Assembly (NCBI GenBank): GCA_963713865.1
Contig: OY970208.1
Coordinates: 288,001 to 352,000 of the forward strand
Length of the DNA stretch: 64,000 nucleotides
Direction: 5' to 3'
Source: an uncultured candidate division Zixibacteria bacterium
GTDB lineage: Bacteria > Zixibacteria > MSB-5A5 > RBG-16-43-9
The notes below the pieces were generated by a model that searched no databases, had not been told where the DNA came from, and saw only the letters and a program-made list of their open reading frames with translations. How positions within the stretch are numbered: position 1 is the first letter of the stretch; every line of letters starts with the position of its first letter. Position numbers and translations under genes: made by a program. Below are positions 21,702 to 31,993 of the stretch, piece by piece.

Positions 21702-24700
21702 TTAGAAGACGAACTCAACCCAGATGCTTAATTCCCGGGTATGATTCTTTTCGCCGGTTATATTATTTTTCGTATCTATCCAGAGTGCAGATAACCCTCC
21801 TCTCACCTGAGAAGAGAAGCTATAGCTTGCTCGTGGCACCACCGAGAAACTTTTATTATTTCCGGTTACCACGAATTTGTTACCCACGGCTGAGCTTTTA
21901 CTTTGATCTCGCTTTATGGAAATTTCCAAACTTACCGCTAAATTGCTGCGGAATTTTATCTTTTTCAGAAAGGGGAGCTTTATCCCTTTTGGTGCGCTAA
22001 AGGAATAGGCCGCATTGGCTGAATAAGAATTTGAGGTGCTGATACCTGTATTCGGTTGAGCGATATTTCGATTCTCAGTAATTTGTTTATCCCATTTCCA
22101 GCTTGTTTGTACCCCGTTTTTAAGGGTCATATTCAGCGAGAACATTGGAGAAAAACTTGTGGAAATATCTCTTTTGTTCAATTTATATTGAACCCCATCC
22201 CGTGCCTCATCAACTTTTTTCCTGTACCCAAAAGAATAATAAGCAGAAGTAGCAAATCTTTTTAGAAATTTTATTTTCTCCAAACTTCCCCAGGTTATAC
22301 TTAGATCCGGAAAGGTTTTAGAGATATTCTCGTTTGGCTGTCCAGATCCTAAAGTATTCGATACTGTCCTGGAATACCTGAAGCTTGAGATATTGATGTC
22401 TGAGGAAATCCTCAATCCACTGCTCAAGTCTAAACTCGTCTGGGTATTCAGCCCATTCGAGCTGGTTTCAGTTCCGGAAGTTAAAGGCACATCGGTTTTA
22501 TGGGTAAATCCAAATTGATAGGAAAGGGATGGTCGGGCTAAAAGCCCGCTTTTGTTTGAGGTCTTGGTTATGCGGTAGTTGATACTAAGGGCTGAAAGGT
22601 TCTGGCTTAAATTGCCAATAAAACCCCTTACAGTCTCCAAGGGATTTATCCCTTTCCCCTCCTTTTTTTCTTTGGGCTTGGTTTTTAAAATCCCGAAGAC
22701 TCTCTGCCAGTAGAAGGTAAAATTCGCATTTCTGGCAGCTTGATTCCCCACCACCCTCGATCCATGGTATAGCTTGGGATCAGCATTCTCTTTATAGAAA
22801 GAATTAAAACTAAAGCTCTGATCTAAAATCCCCACCCATTTAGGCCGATAACTTGCTGAAAAACTCTGGCCCCGGTTCAGCTCAATTCCTAATTTTGCCT
22901 TCTTGGGTAAAAGTGAGAATTTAATATCATTATCATTCCTGATATCTCTCGAAGTATCAAATTTATAATCTAATTGCACAGTTTTCAAAGGAGTCATGGA
23001 GCTTTCAATCCAGCCTCTGAAATCACGGGTATAATCTGAGGTTATATTTCCAACATCACTCTGCGAAAAAGATTTAGCCCCTTTAATGGATGATGTAAAT
23101 ACAAGTTTATTTGGAAGAAAACTTATGGTTTCGGAAGACAGCTTCTTTAAAAGGAAAACCGATTTCAAGCCTTTGAATGGGGAAACAGTCAGATTTTTTT
23201 TGAGGGTAGCATCATATTTTAATCCGAATCCATAACTTTCTACTCTGCTTATTGGAACTGTAGGACTTCTCGAATCTGTGCGCGAATAAAATAAATTTTC
23301 ACTTAAAGTGAGTCTTTTGAGAATCAGTTTCAATAGCCAGTTATTGGTCTCACGGATAAATCTGGGTGAAAAGCTGAAGCTCTTAGATGTGGTCTCGCTT
23401 CGTTCTCTGCTTCTCAGTTCGGTGGGGAGCACGATATCCGACCCGGGTTTGAGCCTTGGCAAGTCAAGAGCATTAGACCAGTTAAAAGAAAAAGGCAGGC
23501 TAAAGCCCCAGGAAGGGGGAATAAATTTCTCAAGAGAAATACCTGATCTTAATCCCAAACTGGTAGAATTAGTTCCAGACCCTTTATTATCAATATCTGC
23601 TAAATCTCTGAACTCACTGTCTTTACGCGAGAAGGTAAAATCTAAGCTAATAAGATCAGCGAACTTCGTTGAAACGCTTCCGGTATAATACCATCCTGGC
23701 ACTTTACGCACATCTGTAATCCTGAGCTCATCCACCCAGATCTCACCTGAAACTACTTTGGATGAATCCTGTTTCAGGGTATCAGAATATACTCCCATAG
23801 CAAGCCAGGAGACTGAGCTGAGGGTGGGATTCCCAACAACTCTATAATTCCCTGCAGTAGTATCCCGATACCCGGTAGAATCTTTGGGAGGATTCATCAG
23901 CATATAGTTTTTCAGGGCAGTTATCTGGCTGAAATCTATATTGACTTCATTCCTGGGATCCCATCCTTCATAAAGCTCGGTATGATATTCATAGTAATTT
24001 TTGGTGTCTGTGCCCATCCGGTAGAAAAACGTAACACAAGAATCTTCTATATTTCCATGAACGAACATTTTCAGCTTTTGATAATTAGTGTAATCCTCTG
24101 CTCTATGTATCCGGTAAGCCATACCCGAATGACCACGCTTGAGTTCCTTATATCTAAAAACCAGAGATTGCTCTCTTTCCCGCACGCCTGTGTTCCGGTC
24201 CAAAACTCCAGCCACACCCGAAGGTGGATCATAATTGCTATTCTCATAAGTATTAATCACGAAAACATTGAAAGACTCTTGAATTGTATCAACCGGGGCA
24301 AAGCTACCCGACTCATTCATTAACGCAACCCCTGAACTCTGCCACCTATTTCCCACTAACTGCATGGATGCGATCTGAACCATAGTTGATTCAGGAGAGG
24401 TAAGCCAGAGACGGGCATATCTTATATGGTCCCAGTAAGGAACTCCTACTTTATTCGAATCCGGAACATCTTCTAAAGGGATGCGATAAAGTCTCCATCC
24501 TTTATAATCGGTATTATCTACAAAATAGGGTGAGGAATGATAATCTTGTTGTAAATCTAATGTAAATTCAAAATAACTATTGATCTTATCTAAAACACCA
24601 TCATAGTTAATATCCTCAGTATCAGGCCTATAACCCCTGTCCGGATCTTTGGAATTACCCTGTGTTCCATTGATATGGCTATAATCATTTGTATTGTCAT

Positions 24701-27662
24701 AATTCCAGTTATCCCCGCTCGGATCAGCAAGTGTAGTATCGTAATAAGCTTGCTCCTGTGCATCGGTCATCCCGTCTAATCCTATATCTTCACCCGGACT
24801 TAATATCCCATCCTGTATTCCGCTTACCACACTATCTTCAGTATCCAGCAATCCATTCGCATTTATATCCTCGCTTATATCTCCCAAATCGATTTTTAAA
24901 ACCCCTGTATCCCCCTTAACCCAGACCTCTAGAAACTTGGTTCTGGTCTGGTCATAACTTCCCGGGCCAAATGCTCTCATAATACCATTACAGGACCTGT
25001 CTATTTCAGAGGGCTTAAAGCTGGTATCTGCCGGTATATGCGGTCTATTAGGAGAATATACTAAATTAAGCACATTGACTAATCGGTCTCTTTCCTGAAC
25101 TTGATAGTTAGGCCAGATATCAGTCACACGTACCTGTTCATACGGATTATACCATATCATCCGGGCTCTCTGCCACCTGTTCAGACTATCCCGTGGAGGA
25201 GGCAGGCTGGCAAGGGTCCAGACTCCCCGACGCACATTCAAATCAGTATATTCTAAGGAACCTTCAAAATCATCTATATAGGCTTTATTTTTAATATTTG
25301 GATTGGGTATGCTTTGTGCCAGTTTCAAAGAAAAATTAAGTTTGGATGGTTCTTCGGTTCCGAAAAAAGGTAAAGCATCAGCTATTTTTGTCATAATTGG
25401 AGGAGATAAGTTAAAGGATAGATCAGTTCCCCAGACAAAATTCTTTTTAGGTTCCTCTCCCACCCTGGGCCTTTCCTCAGTGGTTTTCTCGCTTTTGTAA
25501 ATAGCTACGCCATTGATTTTCAAACCGCCTTCGGTTTCATAATTAGCTTGCAATCCATAAAGTGATTTTTTCTCCGCCATGATAAATGGCGCATATTCAT
25601 AGTCAACTTTTAGCTCTGCAGTTGGATCCAAAACCTCCTGAGATATAAAAGATATCTGCCCGGTTTCATAATCGATATTGTAATCACGCCCCTTAGCTAA
25701 AACTCTGCCATTGAGAGTAACGACCTCTGAGTTTTCGATTATATTACTACGTCCCAGGGAATATTCAGTTCTTCGGTTCTTAGTCTCAACGTTAATATAG
25801 TATTTACTTTGATATGTCCGGTCAATACTACTTGGTATGGTATTATATAAAGCCGGAACTTTATCCTCATCTTTTAAGGTATCAGCTAGAGTATCTGTGT
25901 AAGACCGGCCAGTAGCAAAGGGATGCCGGTCCGGGAATATGAGTAATCCCTTTACCAAATCTAACTGATTTATACTGAAATCTATAACTCCATCCGGATT
26001 CGGTAATCCACTTTTATCATATCTATCCAGCCCGAATATCCGCAGATACCTCACTCCGTTGTAATTATTTGGATCAGTCGCAGGGTTTTCCCCTCCAATC
26101 CCTTTATAAATATCAATTTTTAACCCATCCTCCTCGATATTTTTAGATCCCAGAGAATAGACATTTCTCCATTCATATTCCCAGGTCACCTGACTAGGTC
26201 GAGGATCTCTGGCTTTTAAAAGCTTAAGCAGATAGGTTGTATCGTCTTTTAAATCGGCTACTGTGGTATCAAAATGCAGATTGCCAATATAAATTGTGTC
26301 TTTGCTACCATCTTGATTCTGGCGTAACATTTCGCCGTAATAGGCTAAAACTTCATACTCGCCCAAAGAAGAAAGCAACTCAACATTGGGCAGGGTTGCA
26401 TATTTAACACTGTCTATTATTTTCTCCGTCATAAGGGGATAAAGTAAATAATCCTTTTCACTATCAAGTTTTATGAATCTTATCCATTCCATCTCACCCG
26501 GGCATAGAGTTGTATCCAGAAGGCTATCACAAGTTGGATCCACACAGGCAAGACCATGAGGAGTAGTTATGGAAATTGAATCTCCTGTTTCAGGAATACT
26601 TTTATATAGTTCAAAGTAGATTAAGCTATCCCCTGCGTGAAAATCATCAGTATCATATCCTAAATAACTACTTCTTCCTAAATAATAAAATCTTCTTTTA
26701 ACGTAATTATAATCACGGATATAAGATTTAGAACTCTCTGCTCCGGCTTTAAACTCTGTTTTTTCAGTTGAGGCTTTTTCCTGGCTGGTTATCATAGTCA
26801 AGCCTAATTTACCCACTTTGGCAGTGGCTTTAAACCCGAAAAGCCCTCGCACCGTTTGGCTATATCCCACCAGACTGCTTCCCACTCCCAGGCTGGTATT
26901 TCCTGCCTCTATGCTTTGCAGTATCTCATCTTCCTCCCCGACATATTTAAGGTGGATCCGGTTCTCTAAGTCAGTTTTGCTTTCACTATTCTGGTCCACG
27001 TCTACTGAGATTTTACTCCCGATATTACCATTTACTTTAAAGCTATATCTCTGTTCCATATTTAAAGAGGGCCACTTGGAGGGCTTATAAGTAGCAGTCG
27101 TTGCTATGCCTTCCTTCCACTGACTCTTTCCCGAAAAGGAGATTTTCCTGTTCCCGGTGATCTTCAAGCTGGGACCTCCCTCACCAATGAACTTTGACAC
27201 GATAGAAGGAAATTTAATCGGGATATCAAACTGAAATAGGCTCTTCCTCTGCCCTTGTTGGGTCTGGGCCAAGGAAAGGCTCAGGTTTTCTATCCAGCTC
27301 TTCTGATACTGTGAGCTGAGAGTATAGCTCAAATAAGAATCAAAGCTCAGGGGGAAAAATCTATAGACCGGATAAGTGCTTAATTTATCATTTAGTCCAA
27401 CCACTTTATCTTTGAAGTTGATCTCAATACTCCGGCTGAATCCGATCTTATTTTTGAGCAAAGGGAGCTCTTTAAAAGCTAAGGAAAGCCCTATATTAGG
27501 AAAATCTGGTTTAGAGTAGAGATATTTATTCTCCTTTACCTCTAAATTTATTTTCAGACCCTGGGCTGAGGTTAAAGCTGGTAAAAGAAAAAATAAAACC
27601 GCCAGTTTAAATAAAAACTTTAGGCCCTTGGCGGCAATAAATATTTTCAAGCTCTTAAGCAT
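21702..27662 (-). CDS. sprA: Cell-surface protein SprA-like (T9SS translocon homologue)
   Basis: 1986 aa; IHLKYVGEEDEILQSIEAGN, GLFGFK, AYIDDFEG, IDLGDISED, PDTED, WRLYRIPL, EIWVDELR; beta-barrel-like C-terminus ending in F. Confidence 0.85.
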   Translation of the reverse strand: MLKSLKIFIAAKGLKFLFKLAVLFFLLPALTSAQGLKINLEVKENKYLYSKPDFPNIGLSLAFKELPLLKNKIGFSRSIEINFKDKVVGLNDKLSTYPVYRFFPLSFDSYLSYTLSSQYQKSWIENLSLSLAQTQQGQRKSLFQFDIPIKFPSIVSKFIGEGGPSLKITGNRKISFSGKSQWKEGIATTATYKPSKWPSLNMEQRYSFKVNGNIGSKISVDVDQNSESKTDLENRIHLKYVGEEDEILQSIEAGNTSLGVGSSLVGYSQTVRGLFGFKATAKVGKLGLTMITSQEKASTEKTEFKAGAESSKSYIRDYNYVKRRFYYLGRSSYLGYDTDDFHAGDSLIYFELYKSIPETGDSISITTPHGLACVDPTCDSLLDTTLCPGEMEWIRFIKLDSEKDYLLYPLMTEKIIDSVKYATLPNVELLSSLGEYEVLAYYGEMLRQNQDGSKDTIYIGNLHFDTTVADLKDDTTYLLKLLKARDPRPSQVTWEYEWRNVYSLGSKNIEEDGLKIDIYKGIGGENPATDPNNYNGVRYLRIFGLDRYDKSGLPNPDGVIDFSINQLDLVKGLLIFPDRHPFATGRSYTDTLADTLKDEDKVPALYNTIPSSIDRTYQSKYYINVETKNRRTEYSLGRSNIIENSEVVTLNGRVLAKGRDYNIDYETGQISFISQEVLDPTAELKVDYEYAPFIMAEKKSLYGLQANYETEGGLKINGVAIYKSEKTTEERPRVGEEPKKNFVWGTDLSFNLSPPIMTKIADALPFFGTEEPSKLNFSLKLAQSIPNPNIKNKAYIDDFEGSLEYTDLNVRRGVWTLASLPPPRDSLNRWQRARMIWYNPYEQVRVTDIWPNYQVQERDRLVNVLNLVYSPNRPHIPADTSFKPSEIDRSCNGIMRAFGPGSYDQTRTKFLEVWVKGDTGVLKIDLGDISEDINANGLLDTEDSVVSGIQDGILSPGEDIGLDGMTDAQEQAYYDTTLADPSGDNWNYDNTNDYSHINGTQGNSKDPDRGYRPDTEDINYDGVLDKINSYFEFTLDLQQDYHSSPYFVDNTDYKGWRLYRIPLEDVPDSNKVGVPYWDHIRYARLWLTSPESTMVQIASMQLVGNRWQSSGVALMNESGSFAPVDTIQESFNVFVINTYENSNYDPPSGVAGVLDRNTGVREREQSLVFRYKELKRGHSGMAYRIHRAEDYTNYQKLKMFVHGNIEDSCVTFFYRMGTDTKNYYEYHTELYEGWDPRNEVNIDFSQITALKNYMLMNPPKDSTGYRDTTAGNYRVVGNPTLSSVSWLAMGVYSDTLKQDSSKVVSGEIWVDELRITDVRKVPGWYYTGSVSTKFADLISLDFTFSRKDSEFRDLADIDNKGSGTNSTSLGLRSGISLEKFIPPSWGFSLPFSFNWSNALDLPRLKPGSDIVLPTELRSRERSETTSKSFSFSPRFIRETNNWLLKLILKRLTLSENLFYSRTDSRSPTVPISRVESYGFGLKYDATLKKNLTVSPFKGLKSVFLLKKLSSETISFLPNKLVFTSSIKGAKSFSQSDVGNITSDYTRDFRGWIESSMTPLKTVQLDYKFDTSRDIRNDNDIKFSLLPKKAKLGIELNRGQSFSASYRPKWVGILDQSFSFNSFYKENADPKLYHGSRVVGNQAARNANFTFYWQRVFGILKTKPKEKKEGKGINPLETVRGFIGNLSQNLSALSINYRITKTSNKSGLLARPSLSYQFGFTHKTDVPLTSGTETSSNGLNTQTSLDLSSGLRISSDINISSFRYSRTVSNTLGSGQPNENISKTFPDLSITWGSLEKIKFLKRFATSAYYSFGYRKKVDEARDGVQYKLNKRDISTSFSPMFSLNMTLKNGVQTSWKWDKQITENRNIAQPNTGISTSNSYSANAAYSFSAPKGIKLPFLKKIKFRSNLAVSLEISIKRDQSKSSAVGNKFVVTGNNKSFSVVPRASYSFSSQVRGGLSALWIDTKNNITGEKNHTRELSIWVEFVF

Positions 27663-27720
27663 TGATCACCTATAAAAAAACCCTTAGATATTATCGATAA
27701 AAACCTCCTTTCCTAAAGTT

Positions 27721-28677
27721 TTACTCTCCTAAATAAATTACTTCTTCTTCTAACTCTATATTAAATCTTTTTTTCACTTTCTCTTTCAAGATTCTGGCTA
27801 ACTTTTTTACCTCTTCTGCCTTAGCTTTACCTGAGTTCACGATTATATTGGCATGTTTATTAAAAACTTTAGCATCTCCAACTTTCACTTCTTTGGCACC
27901 TACCTGCTCTAAAAGATACCCCGCAGAGACTCCGGATGAAAAAACCCTTGAGGATTTAATATTCTTAAAAAATGAACCTGCAGAGCCTTCTTTTTCCGGA
28001 AGTTTTTCTTTCCTCACCTTTAGATTTTCTTCCACCTTTTTCTTTATCTTCTCTTTCTCACCTTTTTGCAAAACTAAGGTAGCAGAAAGTAGAATATCTT
28101 TAACATTCTTCAACTTAGAATAACGGTAATCGAATTCAAAATAAGCCTGATTTACTATCTCCAGACTCCCTTTGGGAGTCAGGATTACCCCTTCCTCAAA
28201 AATATTGGATATCGACTTGCCAAAAGCTCCGGCATTACCATAAACTGCACCCCCTAAGGAGCCATAGATACCGGCTGCAAATTCAAGACCTGTCAAGCTC
28301 TGTTCAATAGAGAGGTCCACTAATTCCGAAAGTAAAATCCCGGATTGGGCAGTTATCTTGTTATCCTGGCAAAGAACCTTTCGACATAAATTCTTTATCA
28401 AAAGTCCGCGAAATCCAGAATCGCTAACCAGAAGGTTGCTTCCGCCGCCTAAGATAAAATACGCAAGATTAAGCTCTTTTGCGGTATTAACCCCTTTAAT
28501 CAGCTCCTCCGGGGTATAGGCTTCATAGAAAAAGTCAGCCGGGCCTCCGATCCTGAAGGTGGTATGAGAAGCTAAAAATTCATTTACTTTAAGCTTTCCC
28601 CCTAAGATTTCAAAGAGCGTCTCTCTTATCCCTTCAGGATAAGCTTTATAACAACATCCTCTTCTATTTATCGACAT
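27721..28677 (-). CDS. murB: UDP-N-acetylmuramate dehydrogenase
   Basis: HTTFRIGGPA, ILGGGSNLL, GGAVYGNAGAFG, SAGSFFKN, KHANIIVN. Confidence 0.96.
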   Translation of the reverse strand: MSINRRGCCYKAYPEGIRETLFEILGGKLKVNEFLASHTTFRIGGPADFFYEAYTPEELIKGVNTAKELNLAYFILGGGSNLLVSDSGFRGLLIKNLCRKVLCQDNKITAQSGILLSELVDLSIEQSLTGLEFAAGIYGSLGGAVYGNAGAFGKSISNIFEEGVILTPKGSLEIVNQAYFEFDYRYSKLKNVKDILLSATLVLQKGEKEKIKKKVEENLKVRKEKLPEKEGSAGSFFKNIKSSRVFSSGVSAGYLLEQVGAKEVKVGDAKVFNKHANIIVNSGKAKAEEVKKLARILKEKVKKRFNIELEEEVIYLGE

Positions 28678-28855
28678 CTGAAAAGCAGGTTTAACCTCTT
28701 TATAATTTAAGGAGTCTTTTTAAAAAAGCAAGCGGAAATTGAAGGAAAAACTAAAAATCTGGTATAGAAGCGACACAAAGGGTCATCACTCTATTCACAA
28801 TGAAAATCAAAAGAACCGAGCAAAATAGAAGATTACTCCCTTGTCTTTCCATCCT

Positions 28856-29029
28856 TTAAGAACAGAACCCTAAGCTTTCCGAGTTTTTATCCTCTAATTT
28901 CAGGAAAGAATAGGTATCCCCCTTAAAAACTGCCAGACAGTTATCGCAGATATATTTCCCCTTTTCTTTTCTTAGATGCTTTCCGCACAAGGGACAAGAT
29001 TTTTTCCTTTTATTTTTTAGTAATCTCAT
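28856..29029 (-). CDS. Small zinc-ribbon protein (57 aa), not in the ORF track
   Basis: MRLLKNKRKKSCPLCGKHLRKEKGKYICDNCLAVFKGDTYSFLKLEDKNSESLGFCS*; CxxC...CxxC; AAGGA upstream (alternative ATG at 29035). Confidence 0.7.
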   Translation of the reverse strand: MRLLKNKRKKSCPLCGKHLRKEKGKYICDNCLAVFKGDTYSFLKLEDKNSESLGFCS

Positions 29030-29055
29030 ACTCATATCCTTTTGATGATTATTTC

Positions 29056-29072
29056 AGCAATAGCTATGCCAG
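29056..29072 (-). promoter_or_regulatory. Sigma-54 (-24/-12) promoter
   Basis: CTGGCATAGCTATTGCT matches GG-N10-GC (TGGCA...TTGC), about 25 nt upstream of the zinc-ribbon ORF. Confidence 0.65.
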
Positions 29073-29245
29073 ATTACTGGTTTCTTGCCGGATATAGGTA
29101 AGAGATTATCCAGAAAGGGAATATGATTAATGGTTCTTGGATTTTTTTAATATTACTTAAAACGGGAGTTCGAAAGTATGGATTCCTTCCCATAGAAAAA
29201 TATTGAGAGGATTTTTGTTGACAAATAATCTATCAGAAAATTATT

Positions 29246-29572
29246 TTATCTTAGCACCTTAAGAAGATTTATCCCGATCAAAAGGCAAACAAAGAAGGGG
29301 AGAATATTAAAGAAAGAATACGGGATAATAAAGGAGGTTAAACCAGACAAGATTAAGGAGGGGATCAAAATATAAAAGACCAGATTAAGCGTGGCTTTGA
29401 AAATCTTCACCAGGAGCAAAAGGAAAAAATATAAAAGAAGCAGGTCAAAGGTGACCTGGGCAAAAAGCCCGAAATTCTGCCGGATGTAAAGGTTAAAGCT
29501 CCAGAGCCACCCCAGCCATTCTTTTAAATATTGAATTATTTCTGGTAAGGTATGGAATATTTTTAAAAGCAT
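29246..29572 (-). CDS. Hypothetical membrane protein
   Basis: 108 aa, several hydrophobic segments. Confidence 0.6.
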   Translation of the reverse strand: MLLKIFHTLPEIIQYLKEWLGWLWSFNLYIRQNFGLFAQVTFDLLLLYFFLLLLVKIFKATLNLVFYILIPSLILSGLTSFIIPYSFFNILPFFVCLLIGINLLKVLR

Positions 29573-29589
29573 CTAATTATTGAAATGAG

Positions 29590-29835
29590 TTAAGTCATTA
29601 CCTCCTCCACCGGTTCAATAGTAAGACTGGACTCTCCTACTTTCTTTAACCCCACAATCCTTCTGGTCAAGAAGTTCTGGTCTTTAAGCCACTCCTTGGA
29701 GATAGAAAGGACCTCCTCCTCCGGAAGGTCTGAGACCCAGGCAAGGGTTATGCGATTTATATGTTTTTCGTTTCCTTTAACTACGTTTTCGGATACTAAA
29801 ATATTGGACATATTCAGTGTGAATTTGACTTTCAT
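29590..29835 (-). CDS. Hypothetical protein
   Basis: MKVKFTLNM...SLTIEPVEE; start reassigned to ATG 29835 (AAGGA upstream). Confidence 0.6.
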   Translation of the reverse strand: MKVKFTLNMSNILVSENVVKGNEKHINRITLAWVSDLPEEEVLSISKEWLKDQNFLTRRIVGLKKVGESSLTIEPVEEVMT

Positions 29836-30085
29836 ATATTTGGTCCTTTTTGGTTTAAATCCGCCATATGCGGATAAAACTCTGTGTGTGGAAAAAGCAA
29901 GGATAATGCCGAGAAATAGCAAAAAACAAAGTTCTATCTAACTATCGTTACTTTTAGAGGTTAAAGCTTAAAATTAAAATGAACCTTTTTAATACACCTT
30001 TTTTTGAATCAAAAATTGTGGGGATAAACCTATAATTTATGGCTTTTACACCTTCTAAGAAAGTAAGCAAAAAGGAGAAAATAGA

Positions 30086-31501
30086 ATGAGTAATTCTAAA
30101 AAGCCCGACAGTAATCCCAGGGGACTGGATAAACTTTTCCATCTCCGGGAACTCAATACCAATTTCAGGACCGAGCTTTTAGGTGGGGTCACAACATTTC
30201 TTACTATGTCTTATATTATCTTTGTCAACCCGCTTTTCTTAAGTTTTTTCGGTGATCCCAATCTCAAAAATTTAGCTCTCCCCTTCTCTGCCTCGATGAC
30301 TGCAACTTGTCTTGCTTCTGCCTTGATGTGCATCTTGATGGGTTTGTGGACTAATTACCCCTTCGCTTTAGCTCCAGGCATGGGATTGAATGCGATAGTC
30401 TCCTACCAGATGGTTTTGAGTATGGGTTTATCCTGGCCCCAGGCAATGGGGATTATCGTCTTAGAGGGTATTGCGATTACTATTCTGGTTATTACCGGCT
30501 TCAGGGAAGCGGTTATGAACTCTATTCCGATGTCCTTGAAACAGGCAATCTCCATCGGGATTGGTCTTTTTTTAGCCTTTATTGGTCTCCAGAATGCTGG
30601 CTTTGTGAAATCCCATCCGGTTACTTTTGTGACCTTAGGTGATTTCACTAAATGGCCCATTTTAGTCTCTGTAATTGGACTTCTGTTTACTGCGATAATG
30701 ATGAAAAGGAAAGAAAAGGGTGCTTTACTCATAGGAATCGCTTTTTCCACGGTCTTAGCTATTATAATAAATTATCTTTCAGGACTCTCTGCTTTTCCGG
30801 AACAGGGGAAGGCAATCATACCTGAATCTGTCTTCTCTGCCCCGGATTTATCTACCTTTGGAAAGTTTGATTTTTCCGCTATTTTAAAATTAGGGCTTCT
30901 CCCTGCTCTGATGCTCATATTCTCGGTTATGCTCTCTGATTTTTTCGACACCTTAGGCTCGGTGATAGGACTGGGAACCGAGGCAAAGTTTTTAGATGAG
31001 AAAGGGAATCTTCCCCGCATCAATCGGGTGCTTTTAGTCGATTCCTTATCTGCGGTTATGGGAGGGATAAGCTCTTCCAGCTCAGTTACCACTTATATCG
31101 AGAGTGCGGCAGGCATCTCTACAGGTGGAAGAAGTGGACTTTCCACAGTAGTTGTGGGCATACTTTTCTTTCTGGCAATCTTCTTCTCCCCTTTAGCTGG
31201 TGTAGTACCCAAAGAGGCAACTGCTCCAGCCCTTATTATAGTAGGGTTTTTGATGCTTACCATAATCAAGGAAATCCCTTTTGATAAATTTGAGGAGGTT
31301 TTTCCCGCTTTCTTGATAATGATAGTTATGCCCATGACCTATTCCATCACAAACGGAATAGGGTTTGGCTTTATTTCTTATACTCTGATAATGCTTCTCT
31401 CGGGAAAGGGGAAACAGGTTCACCCGCTGATGTATCTGGTCTCAGTTGCTTTTGTGCTTAATTTCCTATTACCGGTTTTGAAGATGGTTTTTAAGTTTTA
31501 G
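30086..31501 (+). CDS. NCS2 family purine permease (AzgA/PbuG-like)
   Basis: GGVTTFLTMSYIIFVNP, ALAPGMGLNA, DFFDTLG, TTYIESAAG..GGRSGL, TYSITNGI. Confidence 0.93.
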   Translation: MSNSKKPDSNPRGLDKLFHLRELNTNFRTELLGGVTTFLTMSYIIFVNPLFLSFFGDPNLKNLALPFSASMTATCLASALMCILMGLWTNYPFALAPGMGLNAIVSYQMVLSMGLSWPQAMGIIVLEGIAITILVITGFREAVMNSIPMSLKQAISIGIGLFLAFIGLQNAGFVKSHPVTFVTLGDFTKWPILVSVIGLLFTAIMMKRKEKGALLIGIAFSTVLAIIINYLSGLSAFPEQGKAIIPESVFSAPDLSTFGKFDFSAILKLGLLPALMLIFSVMLSDFFDTLGSVIGLGTEAKFLDEKGNLPRINRVLLVDSLSAVMGGISSSSSVTTYIESAAGISTGGRSGLSTVVVGILFFLAIFFSPLAGVVPKEATAPALIIVGFLMLTIIKEIPFDKFEEVFPAFLIMIVMPMTYSITNGIGFGFISYTLIMLLSGKGKQVHPLMYLVSVAFVLNFLLPVLKMVFKF

Positions 31502-31567
31502 ATGGTAGCGACAGATCATTGATCTGTCCTTGCATTATTTAAATCTTTATATTTGAGGAGGTGAAAA

Positions 31568-31921
31568 ATGGGTAATTCTATCTGTCATATTGAGATTTCT
31601 ACAACAGATCTTAAAAAAGCTGAAAAGTTTTATTCAGAGCTTTTCAGCTGGAAGGTTACAGCCTGGGAAGGTTCTTCAGATTATTTAATGTTTGATACCG
31701 GCAAGGAGCCAGGCGGAGGGATTATGAAAGTAGATAAGGTTAATCCTGGTGATGGGGTCCTTATCTATGTTCTGGTGGAGGATATTGAGAAGACCCTGAA
31801 TAAAGCCAAAAGCTTAGGCGGTAAAATAATCAAGGAGAAAACAGAAATCTCGTCTATTGGCTGGTTCGGGCTATTAGCTGATTTAGACGGGAATATCATC
31901 GGAATTTTTAAGAGCAGATAA
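31568..31921 (+). CDS. VOC/glyoxalase family protein
   Basis: ICHIEI...AEKFYSELFSW, GGGI, IYVLVEDI, DLDGNIIGI. Confidence 0.88.
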   Translation: MGNSICHIEISTTDLKKAEKFYSELFSWKVTAWEGSSDYLMFDTGKEPGGGIMKVDKVNPGDGVLIYVLVEDIEKTLNKAKSLGGKIIKEKTEISSIGWFGLLADLDGNIIGIFKSR

Positions 31922-31993
31922 TAAGTCTATCTTTTAATTATGGCAGGGGCAATTTCCATTTGGATACATCCGGATATGAATAGCCCCTGCTAT

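Noticed and set aside
29940-30085. Purine riboswitch upstream of the NCS2 permease
   Set aside because: No recognisable aptamer core or terminator was seen; an Rfam scan would settle it.
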